Source: a virus
Reading direction: 5' to 3' (one strand)
Length of the DNA: 6,029 bases
IMG/VR virus record: IMGVR_UViG_3300020030_000002
Span: 1 to 6,029 of that record
Made by a program: the position numbers and the translations under genes. Below the pieces are notes generated by a model that worked only from the letters and a program-made list of their open reading frames with translations, was not told the origin of the DNA and made no database searches. Numbering within the stretch: the first letter of the stretch is position 1; each line of letters begins with the position of its first letter. Positions 5,349-6,029 of this stretch are shown here, piece after piece.

Positions 5349-5666
5349 TTAACAGTGTTTTACAAATTCGGCCAAAAAACGCTTCCAAGCCTCAGAATGT
5401 TTGAGCCAGAATTCACAACCCTCAGGAGTTGAGGTAAACAAAAAGGCCGTGAGAATAAGGGATCCTAGGCCAAAATAGGAACCACAATAAACGAGTCGAA
5501 TGTGATCACGCAAACAATCTCGGAAGGATTTCTTAGACGTACGACCACGTTCAAAATTTGACCGAAACGAAGAGTACAAATTTCGGCGAACAAGCCACTC
5601 GATGAACGCATACTCTACGACATCGATAAGCAGATCATTAACACTAACTCTTTTGTTTTTTTTCAT
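5349..5666 (-). CDS. Hypothetical protein (105 aa), accessory, unknown function
   Basis: ATG at 5666..5664 and TAA at 5351..5349. It has a basic N-terminus (MKKNKR) and a C-terminal aromatic signature, AFLFTSTPEGCEFWLKHSEAWKRFLAEF. From memory, that signature resembles an uncharacterised small-protein architecture common in gut and Bacteroidota phage genomes (AF.W..T.EG..FW......W). I could not verify this. Confidence 0.6.
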   Translation of the reverse strand: MKKNKRVSVNDLLIDVVEYAFIEWLVRRNLYSSFRSNFERGRTSKKSFRDCLRDHIRLVYCGSYFGLGSLILTAFLFTSTPEGCEFWLKHSEAWKRFLAEFVKHC

Positions 5667-5746
5667 AATAATATGGTTATTGGTTTACAGAGCAAACATA
5701 CGACAAAGCGAAAATAACAACAAGTTCAAAATAAGAACAAAATTGT
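5667..5746 (-). promoter_or_regulatory. AT-rich spacer with a Bacteroidota-type -7 promoter element; candidate promoter of the accessory cassette
   Basis: This is an 80-nt non-coding gap between the VP2 stop (TGA 5749..5747) and the ATG at 5666. The minus strand contains TATGTTTG (5700..5693), an exact match to the Bacteroides -7 consensus TAnnTTTG, 26 nt upstream of the ATG. Only a partial -33-like element (cTTG) lies at ~20-nt spacing. The motif has about six specified bases, so chance matches are expected in 6 kb. Confidence 0.25.
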
Positions 5747-6029
5747 TCAAAACCGATTACGACGAGTACTCGAGCCATAAGTCGAACCCATAGATTCAGT
5801 TCTCGAACTACTTACGACGTTACCACGAGAATCGTACGTAGTAGTATAAGACGAATTGTTCGAACCTCCTGTATTAGCTTGCGTAAAGCCTTTCACAGCG
5901 CGTGTCATGCCACCACGAATAAGGGCGGCTCCGCCGAGACTGCCAGCGACTCCAACAAGAGCCTTGCCGATCTCAAGATACGGATCAAGCTTGGCATTAC
6001 GGAGGGCAATACGAGCTTCTTCGGGGAGA
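5747..6029 (-). CDS. VP2: DNA pilot protein VP2, C-terminal portion. 5909..6029 duplicates 1..121; the unique tail is 5908..5747.
   Basis: nt 1197..1 is exactly 399 codons, and the frame continues at 5908 as ATG ACA CGC GCT ... (MTRAVKGFTQANTGGSNNSSYTTTYDSRGNVVSSSRTESMGSTYGSSTRRNRF) to TGA at 5749..5747. The full protein is 452 aa. Confidence 0.85.
   Translation of the reverse strand, partial: LPEEARIALRNAKLDPYLEIGKALVGVAGSLGGAALIRGGMTRAVKGFTQANTGGSNNSSYTTTYDSRGNVVSSSRTESMGSTYGSSTRRNRF
5909..6029. repeat. Terminal redundancy, copy B (circular-genome assembly overlap)
   Basis: Identical to 1-121 over all 121 nt. Confidence 0.96.

Larger units (their letters stand above)
1..5908 (-). other. 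One complete unit of a circular ssDNA microvirus genome (5,908 nt), with the coding sense on the minus strand
   Basis: The Microviridae core gene set (VP1 capsid, VP2 pilot, VP4 Rep) is all on one strand and tightly packed. The exact 121-nt terminal redundancy closes the circle. An ORF reads in frame across the 1/5908 junction. Confidence 0.9.

Noticed and set aside
5338-5388. N-terminal extension of the 124-aa track ORF (5014..5388).
   Set aside because: The listed start codon is TTG and the extension overlaps the 3-prime end of the 105-aa gene. The first ATG (5337) lies 11 nt after that gene's stop, so I annotate 5014..5337 instead.
4685-5793. + strand ORFs 4685..4933, 5017..5352 and 5602..5793.
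   Set aside because: Each is antisense to a better-supported minus-strand gene or crosses the terminator or intergenic regions. They are Lys/Arg/Ile/Asn-rich, as expected from translating an A-rich strand.

Overview
The window holds one complete circular ssDNA microvirus genome (family Microviridae, gokushovirus-like grade, clearly not phiX174-like). It was assembled as a linear contig with a 121-nt terminal redundancy: 1-121 is letter-for-letter identical to 5909-6029, so the true unit is 5,908 nt. Every gene I can support lies on the minus strand. The + strand as given is visibly A-rich, which makes the coding strand T-rich, as expected for Microviridae. In transcription order (descending coordinates) the genes are: a 66-aa basic protein, then the replication initiator VP4 (HUH plus YxxxY motifs), then the major capsid protein VP1, then an acidic 98-aa scaffold candidate. 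A structured intergenic region follows, then a 63-aa protein with a textbook lipobox, then a 452-aa DNA-pilot protein VP2. After VP2 come an AT-rich promoter-like spacer, two unknown small proteins (105 and 107 aa), and a tandem-hairpin terminator with a T7 tract. VP2 runs off the left edge of the window and finishes at 5908..5747, so it is missing from the supplied ORF track. The two + strand ORFs listed there (139..462, 446..919) are antisense artefacts of VP2. I saw no tRNA, rRNA, CRISPR array, integrase or transposase. The items most worth follow-up are the microvirus-encoded lipoprotein, the two-gene accessory cassette with its own promoter-like and terminator boundaries, and the two GC-rich structured intergenic regions. 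All family assignments rest on motif recognition from memory, not on database searches.
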